Below are positions 23,971 to 33,573 of a DNA stretch of 64,000 nucleotides, one piece after another. The notes beneath the pieces were generated by a model, which saw nothing but the letters and a program-made list of their open reading frames with translations, was not told the DNA's origin and did not search any database. Every line of letters starts with the position of its first letter. Position 1 is the first letter of the stretch. Source of the DNA: Escherichia coli (lineage in GTDB: Bacteria > Pseudomonadota > Gammaproteobacteria > Enterobacterales > Enterobacteriaceae). A program made the translations under genes and the position numbers. Location: NCBI RefSeq assembly GCF_045037415.1, contig NZ_CP173439.1, one strand, 5' to 3'.

Positions 23971-24007
23971 ACGTATCCTCTCGTCTAAAACAACGGCTAT
24001 ACAACGA

Positions 24008-25954
24008 TTATGGGTTATTTTTTATCGTCTCCCCGGGAACCGCGCTTTTGCGCCGCATCACCCACAGCGCCACCAGCGCCGCGAGCAGCAATACGACCTG
24101 CGGTAACAACGTTTCCACGTAGGGATAAATCCCCAGCCAGCTGATTTCAGGGAAGCCGTTAATCAACGTAGGCTGGAACAGTTTGCCTTCCACCAGTTCC
24201 AGAACGCCTTTGCCCGCAAAGACGAAGGCCATCAGATACATGAAACTGCCGGTAAACATAAAGAAGGGTTTCAGCGGCAGGCGCACTACTGAGTAACGCA
24301 TCACCAGCCAGGCGAGCAGCAGCACCACGCAGCCAATCACAAAACCGGCGCCAATCGCCATATGGCCGGATACCGTGTTTGCATCGCCAATCAGAGCGTA
24401 ATAGAACAGCACCGTTTCCGCCCCTTCGCGGTACACCGCCAGGAAGCTGGTCAGCCATAGTCCGACCAGGGAGCCTCGCGACAGGGAATGAGACAGTTTG
24501 CCTTCCAGCCAGGCTTTCCAGTGGCGCGCTTCCACTTTGGACAGCAGCCAGTAACTCATAAAGAACAGCATCACGACGGCAATCAGCATCGTTATGCCTT
24601 CCAGCAGTTCACGGCTGGCGCCGGAGTTAGTAAACAGCATCTGGAAGATAGCGGCGGTGATGACGCTGGCGATCAGCGCCACAATTACCGACTGACGAAT
24701 AAGCGGCAGCTTATCCTGATGGTTGTTTTTCACCATGTAGGCCACGATTGCCGCAACAATCAGCAGCGCTTCCAGCCCCTCGCGCACGATGATCATCAGA
24801 CTATAGAGCAGCAGACTCCACTGGGTTTCTTCGCCTTCGCCCAGCATCGTCACGGCTTTTTGCAGATCCTGCGCCAGCGCGCTGGCCTCTGCATTCAGGC
24901 GCTCAACCGGCTGACCGGCCTTCATCAGACTGACCAAGCGGGTAAAATACGCCTCCAGCGTGGTTTTAAATGCCGAATCGCGAGAGCCGATTTTGTTTTC
25001 CATGCCGCTGGCTTCGAAGCGGTCGAAGTAGGTATCCTGGATATCCAGAATCGCATTCTTCGCATCGCCGCCCTGATAGCGCGCTATCGCGTCCTGAATG
25101 CTCTGGTTAATTCCCGTCGTCACCTCAGCCCAGTCGGTGCGGTTATTTCCCTCGTCCGCCGCCGGAATGTTGTCTGCGCTTTGCGCTGCGGCAACCTGCT
25201 GATCGTCACGGGTGGTTGGCAAGCCGGGTAAGATATCCTCGATATCCTGTAGCAGCGTAGTGACCTGATAGGAGACATCGTTGAGATGGTCAGGTTGCGC
25301 GGTCAGCGCAATCAGGGATGAGAATTGTTGGTTAATGGAGGCGGCATCTTTTGCAGAACGGTTTTGTCTGAGGGACATCTCCATCTCAGAGTTTTTAAAG
25401 CCCTGATAGTGCGCCTGTTGAACGTGCTGACTGGCAACGCTGTAATTCCCGGCCTGATATTCAGTGACCGCCTGCGCCAGCAGATCGTCGATCGTCCTGA
25501 AACTCTCCTGCCAGTGAACGGCAATGTCGTCCCTGGACAGCGCGTTGTGCTGCTCTTCGGCCACCAGACGATGTCCGCCATCCAGCACCGGTTCCACTTC
25601 GCGCAGTGCGGCTTTCAGCCAGTCAATGCGCGCCTGGACGTCAGCGAGCGGTTTTTTCTCGCCAATCATTCGACGGATCTCGCCGAATGCGCTCTCCATC
25701 TCGTAACTTTTGCGCGCGGAAATGTTGATGCGGATCGGCCCTTCCAGGTTCTCGAACACCTCAAAATAGGCCATTTGTACCGTGCGGCGCGCCTCGTCGG
25801 CATGCTGTTGCTGATAAAGTTCCGCTGTTTTATCAAGACGTTGCTCGATATCTTCAATCAAAGGCGCATAATTCGTCGACGCCCAGACACTCATGCTTAT
25901 AAACAAGCCAAAGAGAGTAACCAACAAAGAGTTACGAAAGTTACGCACGTGCAC
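24008..25954 (-). CDS. Ftr1-family iron permease with N-terminal periplasmic domain (FetM-like)
   Basis: Signal peptide, about 350-aa periplasmic domain, then permease with two REGxE motifs (REGLEA, REGAET). Confidence 0.75.
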   Translation of the reverse strand: MHVRNFRNSLLVTLFGLFISMSVWASTNYAPLIEDIEQRLDKTAELYQQQHADEARRTVQMAYFEVFENLEGPIRINISARKSYEMESAFGEIRRMIGEKKPLADVQARIDWLKAALREVEPVLDGGHRLVAEEQHNALSRDDIAVHWQESFRTIDDLLAQAVTEYQAGNYSVASQHVQQAHYQGFKNSEMEMSLRQNRSAKDAASINQQFSSLIALTAQPDHLNDVSYQVTTLLQDIEDILPGLPTTRDDQQVAAAQSADNIPAADEGNNRTDWAEVTTGINQSIQDAIARYQGGDAKNAILDIQDTYFDRFEASGMENKIGSRDSAFKTTLEAYFTRLVSLMKAGQPVERLNAEASALAQDLQKAVTMLGEGEETQWSLLLYSLMIIVREGLEALLIVAAIVAYMVKNNHQDKLPLIRQSVIVALIASVITAAIFQMLFTNSGASRELLEGITMLIAVVMLFFMSYWLLSKVEARHWKAWLEGKLSHSLSRGSLVGLWLTSFLAVYREGAETVLFYYALIGDANTVSGHMAIGAGFVIGCVVLLLAWLVMRYSVVRLPLKPFFMFTGSFMYLMAFVFAGKGVLELVEGKLFQPTLINGFPEISWLGIYPYVETLLPQVVLLLAALVALWVMRRKSAVPGETIKNNP

Positions 25955-25970
25955 ACCGCCAAAGAATACA

Positions 25971-25988
25971 AATGATAATTATTATCAT
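25971..25988. promoter_or_regulatory. Fur box upstream of the Ftr1/P19 operon
   Basis: AATGATAATTATTATCAT, 17-35 bp upstream of the permease start. Confidence 0.55.
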
Positions 25989-26240
25989 ATCTTTTTGTCG
26001 CGTTGTACATGACCTGGATCATAAAAATGTCAGCAGACGACAAGTTATGTAAACTTATTTCATCAAATCGTGATGAACACACACATTATGCGTTGATAAA
26101 AGGGACGTTATCTCCCTGTTTTTCTCATGGAATTAACGGCAAGGCAGGCGCGGTAACAGAGGAATAAATCCCCCTGCCGACAGTGATATTATTCATTATC
26201 GGCAGGCAGAAATAAAACGCGTTATTGCGTACAGCAATAT

Positions 26241-27002
26241 TCAAAGATTAAGGTTATTTCGATCGCTGGCAAGACGCTGTAAGAATTGACCATATCCCTG
26301 CGGCCCCATCCAGTAGTTAATACTTTTCTCAACGCCGGTTGATGTCAACGTCGCACCGGAAATACCGTCAACGGTATATTCATCGGCATGTTCAGGTTTA
26401 TCCTGTACTATTTTCAATGCAGGATGTCCGCTGTTATCTAATAATCGTTTCCCTGGCCACTGTTTGCGCCAGTTGGCGTCTTCCACCCTAGCCCCCAGAA
26501 ACGGCGTTTCCCGTTGCTGATAATAATACAGATTTCTCACCGTACGACCGTCCAGCCCCAGAGCAAGAAACGCATGCATCATGGATTTCGCGCCCTTACC
26601 GGTAACTGGAATGATAACCTGCTGAATTTCATTATTTTTATCTTTCACAAAGAACACATCCGCCACCGTACAGCGCTGACGAACCTGCGCTGGGTCGCGT
26701 TCAGGGGCAAGTTTTTCACACTTCTGCCGCGCGGTGTCCGCGCTGCTGCCAGCCACCAGTTCGCCGGAATCTAAATTAACATGGCGTTGAATAATATAAC
26801 GATGATAGAGCGTTTCGACTGATTTTTTATCCTGGGTCTCTGATTTCATCAGGCCCGCAGCGTGTAAAATTGCCGCCTGTTTTTCCTCCTCTGTCGGCTC
26901 CGTCATTTCTCCCTGGAACAGCATAAACCATGCCGCCGCCGCAACAAAAATAAGGACACAAAGCACCATCATTGATGCAACAATAATTTTACCCTTGCGC
27001 AT
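26241..27002 (-). CDS. FMN-binding-domain protein (NqrC/RnfG-like), membrane-anchored
   Basis: N-terminal TM anchor; flavinylation-type motif VDGISGATLTSTGV. Confidence 0.6.
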   Translation of the reverse strand: MRKGKIIVASMMVLCVLIFVAAAAWFMLFQGEMTEPTEEEKQAAILHAAGLMKSETQDKKSVETLYHRYIIQRHVNLDSGELVAGSSADTARQKCEKLAPERDPAQVRQRCTVADVFFVKDKNNEIQQVIIPVTGKGAKSMMHAFLALGLDGRTVRNLYYYQQRETPFLGARVEDANWRKQWPGKRLLDNSGHPALKIVQDKPEHADEYTVDGISGATLTSTGVEKSINYWMGPQGYGQFLQRLASDRNNLNL

Positions 27003-27238
27003 TGAATTGTTATCCCTGTCAAAATGGAAATCGAAAAAATCGCCTGAACGTATCACAGACTTTCATTCAATTAAAACAGATATGCCATTATCAATTCAGG
27101 TTTGCAACGTCAGGCAGCGGTAAAAAATAATAACTGGCGTCGGTAAAAAAGCAGCAAAAATAACAGAAAACACGCTCTCCGCTCGTTTTACACATCCTTA
27201 CAATGGGTTAAAAAATGCCGGGTTTCCCCGGCACGCTA

Positions 27239-27745
27239 TCAAAACATGGCTGCCCGCCACAGACGTAACTTCATGCCCCAGTAGCTGGTCCAGCCGCTGG
27301 TCGTAGTTACCACCTGCCCCTTCGACACCACCACCAGCGTTGGCGTGACGCTGATTTCCCAGTTTCGTGATATCTCACCGCCGCTATCATTCACGACGGG
27401 GAACGTCACCCTTTTACGCGATAACCAGCGGGAAACCTCCCCGTCATTACCGGAACGCAGCGCGATGGTCATGACGCTCTCCCCTTCCGACTGCAAACGG
27501 GCGACATCCGGCGTGGTGAAACGGCAGATACCGCACCAGCTCGCCCAGAAGTAGAGCAGCACCGGGCGTTCTTCACTGATCGACGCCAGCGTTACGGTTT
27601 CCCCGTCCAGCGTATGCAGCGGCGTGCTGTCAAACATGGCCGGCATCTGCGGAGAACGCCAGACATCCAGCAGGATTATCACGCCAGCCAGCAGAACCAG
27701 TAAGATCGCGCCTTCACGCAGCCAGCGGCGCAGTTTACTGAGCAT
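27239..27745 (-). CDS. ScsD/TlpA-like thioredoxin-fold protein
   Basis: TM anchor plus WASWCGIC motif; rho-independent terminator (GCCGGGGAAACCCGGC then T-run) downstream. Confidence 0.7.
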   Translation of the reverse strand: MLSKLRRWLREGAILLVLLAGVIILLDVWRSPQMPAMFDSTPLHTLDGETVTLASISEERPVLLYFWASWCGICRFTTPDVARLQSEGESVMTIALRSGNDGEVSRWLSRKRVTFPVVNDSGGEISRNWEISVTPTLVVVSKGQVVTTTSGWTSYWGMKLRLWRAAMF

Positions 27746-27904
27746 GGGCCACCGCCAGTTTTTCTTTCACCACCGCCTCAAGGGTCTCCCACGATACCGC
27801 GCCGGGGATCATCTCGTCGCCAATGATGGTTGCCGGCGTCCCCTGAACGCCAACCAGCCGGGCGAGTTGCAGATTGGTGCTCAACGTCTCCATGCTTTTC
27901 TCAT
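27735..27904 (-). pseudogene. DsbA/ScsC-like thiol-disulfide oxidoreductase, C-terminal remnant
   Basis: C-terminal DsbA-like sequence GVQGTPATIIGDEMIPGAVSWETLEAVVKEKL overlapping the scsD-like start; 5' portion replaced by IR copy C. Confidence 0.6.
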
Positions 27905-27942
27905 CGGGGTCAGTTTGGATATAGAGAATTATTGTACTATAA
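27905..27942 (+). repeat. 38-bp Tn3-family-type IR (copy C, solo)
   Basis: GGGGTCAGTTTGGATATAGAGAATTATTGTACTATAAG, 36/38 identical to copy D. Confidence 0.75.
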
Positions 27943-28198
27943 GGGCTTCCCCGGCATGTCAACGCCGGTGTTTACGGTTTCTGTCTGCACTATAGTAAAA
28001 AAATAAAGGGGAGAGACTGCGGTACTATAAACGGTCATGATGAATCGTCATCGATTCGGACCCTGATGAAAGACGCTCGTGAGGCTCTAGTTCGTTAGTC
28101 GGGTACACTTGCCCTGTACAATAAGCAGATATACCTCACGGGGTCTAACCCTTTATCATCAACGAGTTGCAGATCAGATGGTCATACAGCTTTGTACT

Positions 28199-28512
28199 TT
28201 AGCTGGCTGAGTACAACCTGAAATCATCACCGTAATGCAATGATGCCCAGCACAGTCTTGCATTTTTGGCAGCGATGGCAACAACAGCGCGCCAGTATCC
28301 TCTGCGTTCGACCAGTGAGCAGACCCAACGACTGAATAAATCAGTCCTTTTCTCCGCCCCGATCAGTACCGAGCGGGCACCCTGAACCAGAAGTGTTCTC
28401 AGATACGAATCGCCAGCTTTCGTTATCCTGCCAAGCTTCGACTTTCCGCCGCTGCTGTACTGCGATGGTGTCAGTCCCAGCCAGGCTGCCAGCTGGCGCC
28501 CATTCTTAAAAT
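28199..28512 (-). pseudogene. IS110-family transposase C-terminal fragment, cut by IS26
   Basis: LGRITKAGDSYLRTLLVQGARS is typical of IS110/IS1111-family transposase C-termini; abuts the IS26 end at 28513. Confidence 0.55.
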
Positions 28513-29332
28513 GGCACTGTTGCAAAGTTAGCGATGAGGCAGCCTTTTGTCTTATTCAAAGGCCTTACATTTCAAAAACTCTGCTTACCAGGCGCATTTC
28601 GCCCAGGGGATCACCATAATAAAATGCTGAGGCCTGGCCTTTGCGTAGTGCACGCATCACCTCAATACCTTTGATGGTGGCGTAAGCCGTCTTCATGGAT
28701 TTAAATCCCAGCGTGGCGCCGATTATCCGTTTCAGTTTGCCATGATCGCATTCAATCACGTTGTTCCGGTACTTAATCTGTCGGTGTTCAACGTCAGACG
28801 GGCACCGGCCTTCGCGTTTGAGCAGAGCAAGCGCGCGACCATAGGCGGGCGCTTTATCCGTGTTGATGAATCGCGGGATCTGCCACTTCTTCACGTTGTT
28901 GAGGATTTTACCCAGAAACCGGTATGCAGCTTTGCTGTTACGACGGGAGGAGAGATAAAAATCGACAGTGCGGCCCCGGCTGTCGACGGCCCGGTACAGA
29001 TACGCCCAGCGACCATTGACCTTCACGTAGGTTTCATCCATGTGCCACGGGCAAAGATCGGAAGGGTTACGCCAGTACCAGCGCAGCCGTTTTTCCATTT
29101 CAGGCGCATAACGCTGAACCCAGCGGTAAATCGTGGAGTGATCGACATTCACTCCGCGTTCAGCCAGCATCTCCTGCAGCTCACGGTAACTGATGCCGTA
29201 TTTGCAGTACCAGCGTACGGCCCACAGAATGATGTCACGCTGAAAATGCCGGCCTTTGAATGGGTTCATGTGCAGCTCCATCAGCAAAAAGGGATGATAA
29301 GTTTATCACCACCGACTATTTGCAACAGTGCC
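28513..29332 (-). mobile_element. IS26
   Basis: 14-bp terminal repeats GGCACTGTTGCAAA at 28513-28526 and inverted at 29319-29332; 820 bp; Tnp26 ORF. Confidence 0.95.
28565..29269 (-). CDS. tnpA: IS26 transposase Tnp26
   Basis: 234-aa ORF starting MNPFKGRHFQRDIILWAVRWYCKYGISYRELQEM. Confidence 0.95.
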   Translation of the reverse strand: MNPFKGRHFQRDIILWAVRWYCKYGISYRELQEMLAERGVNVDHSTIYRWVQRYAPEMEKRLRWYWRNPSDLCPWHMDETYVKVNGRWAYLYRAVDSRGRTVDFYLSSRRNSKAAYRFLGKILNNVKKWQIPRFINTDKAPAYGRALALLKREGRCPSDVEHRQIKYRNNVIECDHGKLKRIIGATLGFKSMKTAYATIKGIEVMRALRKGQASAFYYGDPLGEMRLVSRVFEM

Positions 29333-30505
29333 ATTCTGAGCACTGTCGCGCTCGACGCTGTCGGCATCGGCCTGATTATGCCGGTGCTGCCGGGCCTCCT
29401 GCGCGATCTGGTTCACTCGAACGACGTCACCGCCCACTATGGCATTCTGCTGGCGCTGTATGCGTTGATGCAATTTGCCTGCGCACCTGTGCTGGGCGCG
29501 CTGTCGGATCGTTTCGGGCGGCGGCCGGTCTTGCTCGTCTCGCTGGCCGGCGCTGCTGTCGACTACGCCATCATGGCGACGGCGCCTTTCCTTTGGGTTC
29601 TCTATATCGGGCGGATCGTGGCCGGCATCACCGGGGCGACTGGGGCGGTAGCCGGCGCTTATATTGCCGATATCACTGATGGCGATGAGCGCGCGCGGCA
29701 CTTCGGCTTCATGAGCGCCTGTTTCGGGTTCGGGATGGTCGCGGGACCTGTGCTCGGTGGGCTGATGGGCGGTTTCTCCCCCCACGCTCCGTTCTTCGCC
29801 GCGGCAGCCTTGAACGGCCTCAATTTCCTGACGGGCTGTTTCCTTTTGCCGGAGTCGCACAAAGGCGAACGCCGGCCGTTACGCCGGGAGGCTCTCAACC
29901 CGCTCGCTTCGTTCCGGTGGGCCCGGGGCATGACCGTCGTCGCCGCCCTGATGGCGGTCTTCTTCATCATGCAACTTGTCGGACAGGTGCCGGCCGCGCT
30001 TTGGGTCATTTTCGGCGAGGATCGCTTTCACTGGGACGCGACCACGATCGGCATTTCGCTTGCCGCATTTGGCATTCTGCATTCACTCGCCCAGGCAATG
30101 ATCACCGGCCCTGTAGCCGCCCGGCTCGGCGAAAGGCGGGCACTCATGCTCGGAATGATTGCCGACGGCACAGGCTACATCCTGCTTGCCTTCGCGACAC
30201 GGGGATGGATGGCGTTCCCGATCATGGTCCTGCTTGCTTCGGGTGGCATCGGAATGCCGGCGCTGCAAGCAATGTTGTCCAGGCAGGTGGATGAGGAACG
30301 TCAGGGGCAGCTGCAAGGCTCACTGGCGGCGCTCACCAGCCTGACCTCGATCGTCGGACCCCTCCTCTTCACGGCGATCTATGCGGCTTCTATAACAACG
30401 TGGAACGGGTGGGCATGGATTGCAGGCGCTGCCCTCTACTTGCTCTGCCTGCCGGCGCTGCGTCGCGGGCTTTGGAGCGGCGCAGGGCAACGAGCCGATC
30501 GCTGA
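29294..30505 (+). CDS. tetA: Tet(A)-type tetracycline efflux MFS transporter, 5'-truncated by IS26 and in frame with an ATG inside IS26
   Basis: Sequence from LSTVALDAVGIGLIMPVLPGLLRDLV to GQRADR matches class A TetA; native first ~10 codons replaced by IS26-derived MISLSPPTICNSAI; function not established. Confidence 0.7.
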   Translation: MISLSPPTICNSAILSTVALDAVGIGLIMPVLPGLLRDLVHSNDVTAHYGILLALYALMQFACAPVLGALSDRFGRRPVLLVSLAGAAVDYAIMATAPFLWVLYIGRIVAGITGATGAVAGAYIADITDGDERARHFGFMSACFGFGMVAGPVLGGLMGGFSPHAPFFAAAALNGLNFLTGCFLLPESHKGERRPLRREALNPLASFRWARGMTVVAALMAVFFIMQLVGQVPAALWVIFGEDRFHWDATTIGISLAAFGILHSLAQAMITGPVAARLGERRALMLGMIADGTGYILLAFATRGWMAFPIMVLLASGGIGMPALQAMLSRQVDEERQGQLQGSLAALTSLTSIVGPLLFTAIYAASITTWNGWAWIAGAALYLLCLPALRRGLWSGAGQRADR

Positions 30506-30536
30506 TCGTGGAAACGATAGGCCTATGCCATGCGGG

Positions 30537-31295
30537 TCAAGGCGACTTCCGGCAAGCTATACGCGCCCTAGGAGTGCGGTTGGAACGTTGGCCCAGCCAG
30601 ATACTCCCGATCACGAGCAGGACGCCGATGATTTGAAGCGCACTCAGCGTCTGATCCAAGAACAACCATCCTAGCAACACGGCGGTCCCCGGGCTGAGAA
30701 AGCCCAGTAAGGAAACAACTGTAGGTTCGAGTCGCGAGATCCCCCGGAACCAAAGGAAGTAGGTTAAACCCGCTCCGATCAGGCCGAGCCACGCCAGGCC
30801 GAGAACATTGGTTCCTGTAGGCATCGGGATTGGCGGATCAAACACTAAAGCTACTGGAACGAGCAGAAGTCCTCCGGCCGCCAGTTGCCAGGCGGTAAAG
30901 GTGAGCAGAGGCACGGGAGGTTGCCACTTGCGGGTCAGCACGGTTCCGAACGCCATGGAAACCGCCCCCGCCAAGCCCGCTGCGACGCCGACAGGATCTA
31001 GCGCTGCGTTTGGTGTCAACACCAACAGCGCCACGCCCGCAGTTCCGCAAATAGCCCCCAGGACCGCCATCAATCGTATCGGGCTACCTAGCAGAGCGGC
31101 AGAGATGAACACGACCATCAGCGGCTGCACAGCGCCTACCGTCGCCGCGACCCCGCCCGGCAGGCGGTAGACCGAAATAAACAACAAGCTCCAGAATAGC
31201 GAAATATTAAGTGCGCCGAGGATGAAGATGCGCATCCACCAGATTCCCGTTGGAATCTGTCGGACGATCATCACGAGCAATAAACCCGCCGGCAA
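30537..31295 (-). pseudogene. pecM: EamA/PecM-like DMT-family transporter, 5' end abutting IS1
   Basis: Ten-TM EamA-like protein convergent with tetA as in Tn1721-type contexts; the reading frame stays open into IS1 with no ATG. Confidence 0.5.
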
Positions 31296-31312
31296 CGGGT
31301 AATGACTCCAAC

Positions 31313-31816
31313 TTATTGATAGTGTTTTATGTTCAGATAATGCCCGATGACTTTGTCATGCAGCTCCACCGATTTTGAGAACGACAGCGACTTCCGTCCC
31401 AGCCGTGCCAGGTGCTGCCTCAGATTCAGGTTATGCCGCTCAATTCGCTGCGTATATCGCTTGCTGATTACGTGCAGCTTTCCCTTCAGGCGGGATTCAT
31501 ACAGCGGCCAGCCATCCGTCATCCATATCACCACGTCAAAGGGTGACAGCAGGCTCATAAGACGCCCCAGCGTCGCCATAGTGCGTTCACCGAATACGTG
31601 CGCAACAACCGTCTTCCGGAGCCTGTCATACGCGTAAAACAGCCAGCGCTGGCGCGATTTAGCCCCGACGTATCCCCACTGTTCGTCCATTTCCGCGCAG
31701 ACGATGACGTCACTGCCCGGCTGTATGCGCGAGGTTACCGACTGCGGCCTGAGTTTTTTAAATGGCGGAAAATCGTGTTGAGGCCAACGCCCATAATGCG
31801 GGCGGTTGCCCGGCAT
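31313..31816 (-). CDS. insB: IS1 InsB (expressed as InsAB' fusion by frameshifting)
   Basis: 167-aa ORF overlapping insA in the -1 frame. Confidence 0.9.
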   Translation of the reverse strand: MPGNRPHYGRWPQHDFPPFKKLRPQSVTSRIQPGSDVIVCAEMDEQWGYVGAKSRQRWLFYAYDRLRKTVVAHVFGERTMATLGRLMSLLSPFDVVIWMTDGWPLYESRLKGKLHVISKRYTQRIERHNLNLRQHLARLGRKSLSFSKSVELHDKVIGHYLNIKHYQ

Positions 31817-32010
31817 CCAACGCCATTCATGGCCATATCAATGATTTTCTGGTGCGTACCGGGTTGAGAAGCGGTGTAAGTGAACTGCAGTTGCCATGTT
31901 TTACGGCAGTGAGAGCAGAGATAGCGCTGATGTCCGGCGGTGCTTTTGCCGTTACGCACCACCCCGTCAGTAGCTGAACAGGAGGGACAGCTGATAGAAA
32001 CAGAAGCCAC
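31735..32010 (-). CDS. insA: IS1 InsA
   Basis: 91-aa zinc-finger/HTH protein [21 protein letters not shown]. Confidence 0.95.
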   Translation of the reverse strand: MASVSISCPSCSATDGVVRNGKSTAGHQRYLCSHCRKTWQLQFTYTASQPGTHQKIIDMAMNGVGCRATARIMGVGLNTIFRHLKNSGRSR

Positions 32011-32065
32011 TGGAGCACCTCAAAAACACCATCATACACTAAATCAGTAAGTTGGCAGCATCACC

Positions 32066-32461
32066 CACTTTCTCCTGCCAGAGACGCCGGATATCCTTTT
32101 CATCCCGACCAGTCAGTTTTTTACCGGACAGCAGACGGTTAAGCAGTTCCTGTCTCGCATCCGGTACGTCTTCAGTCAGACGCATAAGCCGGAGTAATTC
32201 CTGACGACTGAGTACCATGCGTGATTCCTCCGGTACGCTGTAATAATTAAAAATACGACTGAATACCCCACAACAGCAGGCAACGGACAGGCACAGGGAT
32301 TTCAGATACAGGCCAGAAACACAGAATGTGGCAACACCACAAAGAATAGCTATAACTAAAAATCCCTTACCCAGTGCCATACACAAAGAACCCTGTTTTC
32401 TGGATATCCGCTCATGCTCATCCAGAATAAAATCTATTTTTTCATTTTCTGATTTATGCAT
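32066..32461 (-). pseudogene. Small membrane protein downstream of traR, C-terminus replaced by IS1
   Basis: ORF 32039..32500 runs 26 nt into IS1 before stopping; hydrophobic segment GFLVIAILCGVATFCVSGLY. Confidence 0.45.
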
Positions 32462-32675
32462 AGTGTTTCCTCTGCCTTTCCTGATACGCCTGACATTCAA
32501 CGCACAACGTCACACCGGGAAATATTTTCCGCCGGGCTTCCGGAATAGGATTTCCGCATGCTTCACAGAGATAAACAGGAATACCATGAGCATTTATTTT
32601 CTGGCGTATCCGGTTTATTCCTGTCATGGTCAGTTGTTCTGTTACTGAATATGCTTCATCGGCTTCATCACTCAC
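32454..32675 (-). CDS. traR: TraR (DksA-like zinc-finger protein)
   Basis: 73 aa, C4 zinc finger CEACGNPIPEARRKIFPGVTLCVEC; position after traV. Confidence 0.9.
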   Translation of the reverse strand: MSDEADEAYSVTEQLTMTGINRIRQKINAHGIPVYLCEACGNPIPEARRKIFPGVTLCVECQAYQERQRKHYA

Positions 32676-32809
32676 GGAATATTCCTCCCGACATGTTCTG
32701 ACACGCTACCGCCCATCCCTTTTCACGCACAGGGCACTCGTTTTACAGGCAGATTTTGAATACAGAAAGCCCGCCGGCATTGCCGGCTGATATACAACTT
32801 CAGGGCCAG

Positions 32810-33325
32810 TTAATTAATACGTGGTTTTCCCCACGCAGACGGTTTAATAACAAAAAACACACTGGATGGTTGATGATAAACATCCTGATTATCAATATAA
32901 GGCGCTATCCATAATGCTGCCGTCTGCTCACCCGTTCTTAGCGGGCGGGGAGGTGTTACCGACGCAACTGAACTGACCGGAATAATCGTTTTCACTTCCC
33001 GGGCAGCCGTAAACAACGGACGTGGTGCCAGCAGTTTCTGCTCCGGAAGTGCAGTCACAGCAGGCCTGCTGCGGGACGGCGTTGTCGCCGCAACGGCCTG
33101 CACCGACGTGGTCCGGAAGTTCCCGTCAGCCAGGCGCGGCAGTGATGCCGCAGCCGGCTTTGCTTCTGAGGACTGCTCCAGTTTTTTGGCCTTCTCATTG
33201 GCCTGCTCCATAGTCATACAGGTATCGGATGTGGTGGCATCACACTCAAAATCGGAGTTCGTTCCGGCACAGCCGGAAAGTAATAACGTCCCCAGCAGCG
33301 GAATAAATAAAGAAATCTGTTTCAT
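32810..33325 (-). CDS. traV: TraV lipoprotein (T4SS outer-membrane core)
   Basis: 171 aa, lipobox LLLSGCAG; F-like gene order. Confidence 0.9.
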   Translation of the reverse strand: MKQISLFIPLLGTLLLSGCAGTNSDFECDATTSDTCMTMEQANEKAKKLEQSSEAKPAAASLPRLADGNFRTTSVQAVAATTPSRSRPAVTALPEQKLLAPRPLFTAAREVKTIIPVSSVASVTPPRPLRTGEQTAALWIAPYIDNQDVYHQPSSVFFVIKPSAWGKPRIN

Positions 33326-33573
33326 TGTCCCTCACCTTTCTCATCGCAGTTCACAAAATCATTCTTCAAATCCCTGACCGTACAGTTTTTTACAATGTCA
33401 GGATTTTCAAAAACCGTATTCCGTGATGATTTATAAACATATGCCACAATGCGTTCTTCCCCCGCATCAGCTTCTGGTGCACTGACTTCACATAACGGAG
33501 GTGTTATTCCGGACTCATACAGCACCGGATAATTTATTTTTTTGACGCTGCCATCAGAAACCAGCTTATTCAT
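33322..33573 (-). CDS. trbG: TrbG
   Basis: 83-aa ORF between trbD-like and traV as in F. Confidence 0.7.
   Translation of the reverse strand: MNKLVSDGSVKKINYPVLYESGITPPLCEVSAPEADAGEERIVAYVYKSSRNTVFENPDIVKNCTVRDLKNDFVNCDEKGEGQ

Larger units (their letters stand above)
31298..32065 (-). mobile_element. IS1
   Basis: 768 bp, ends GGTAATGACTCC and GGCAGCATCACC; insA and insB ORFs. Confidence 0.95.

Noticed and set aside
24488-25975. Plus-strand ORFs of 216-247 aa within the Ftr1-family permease region
   Set aside because: Antisense to a gene with conserved REGxE motifs; no motifs of their own.
28742-30505. 587-aa plus-strand ORF spanning IS26 and tet(A)
   Set aside because: Artefact of an open frame antisense to tnp26 running into tet(A); only the part from about 29294 is meaningful.
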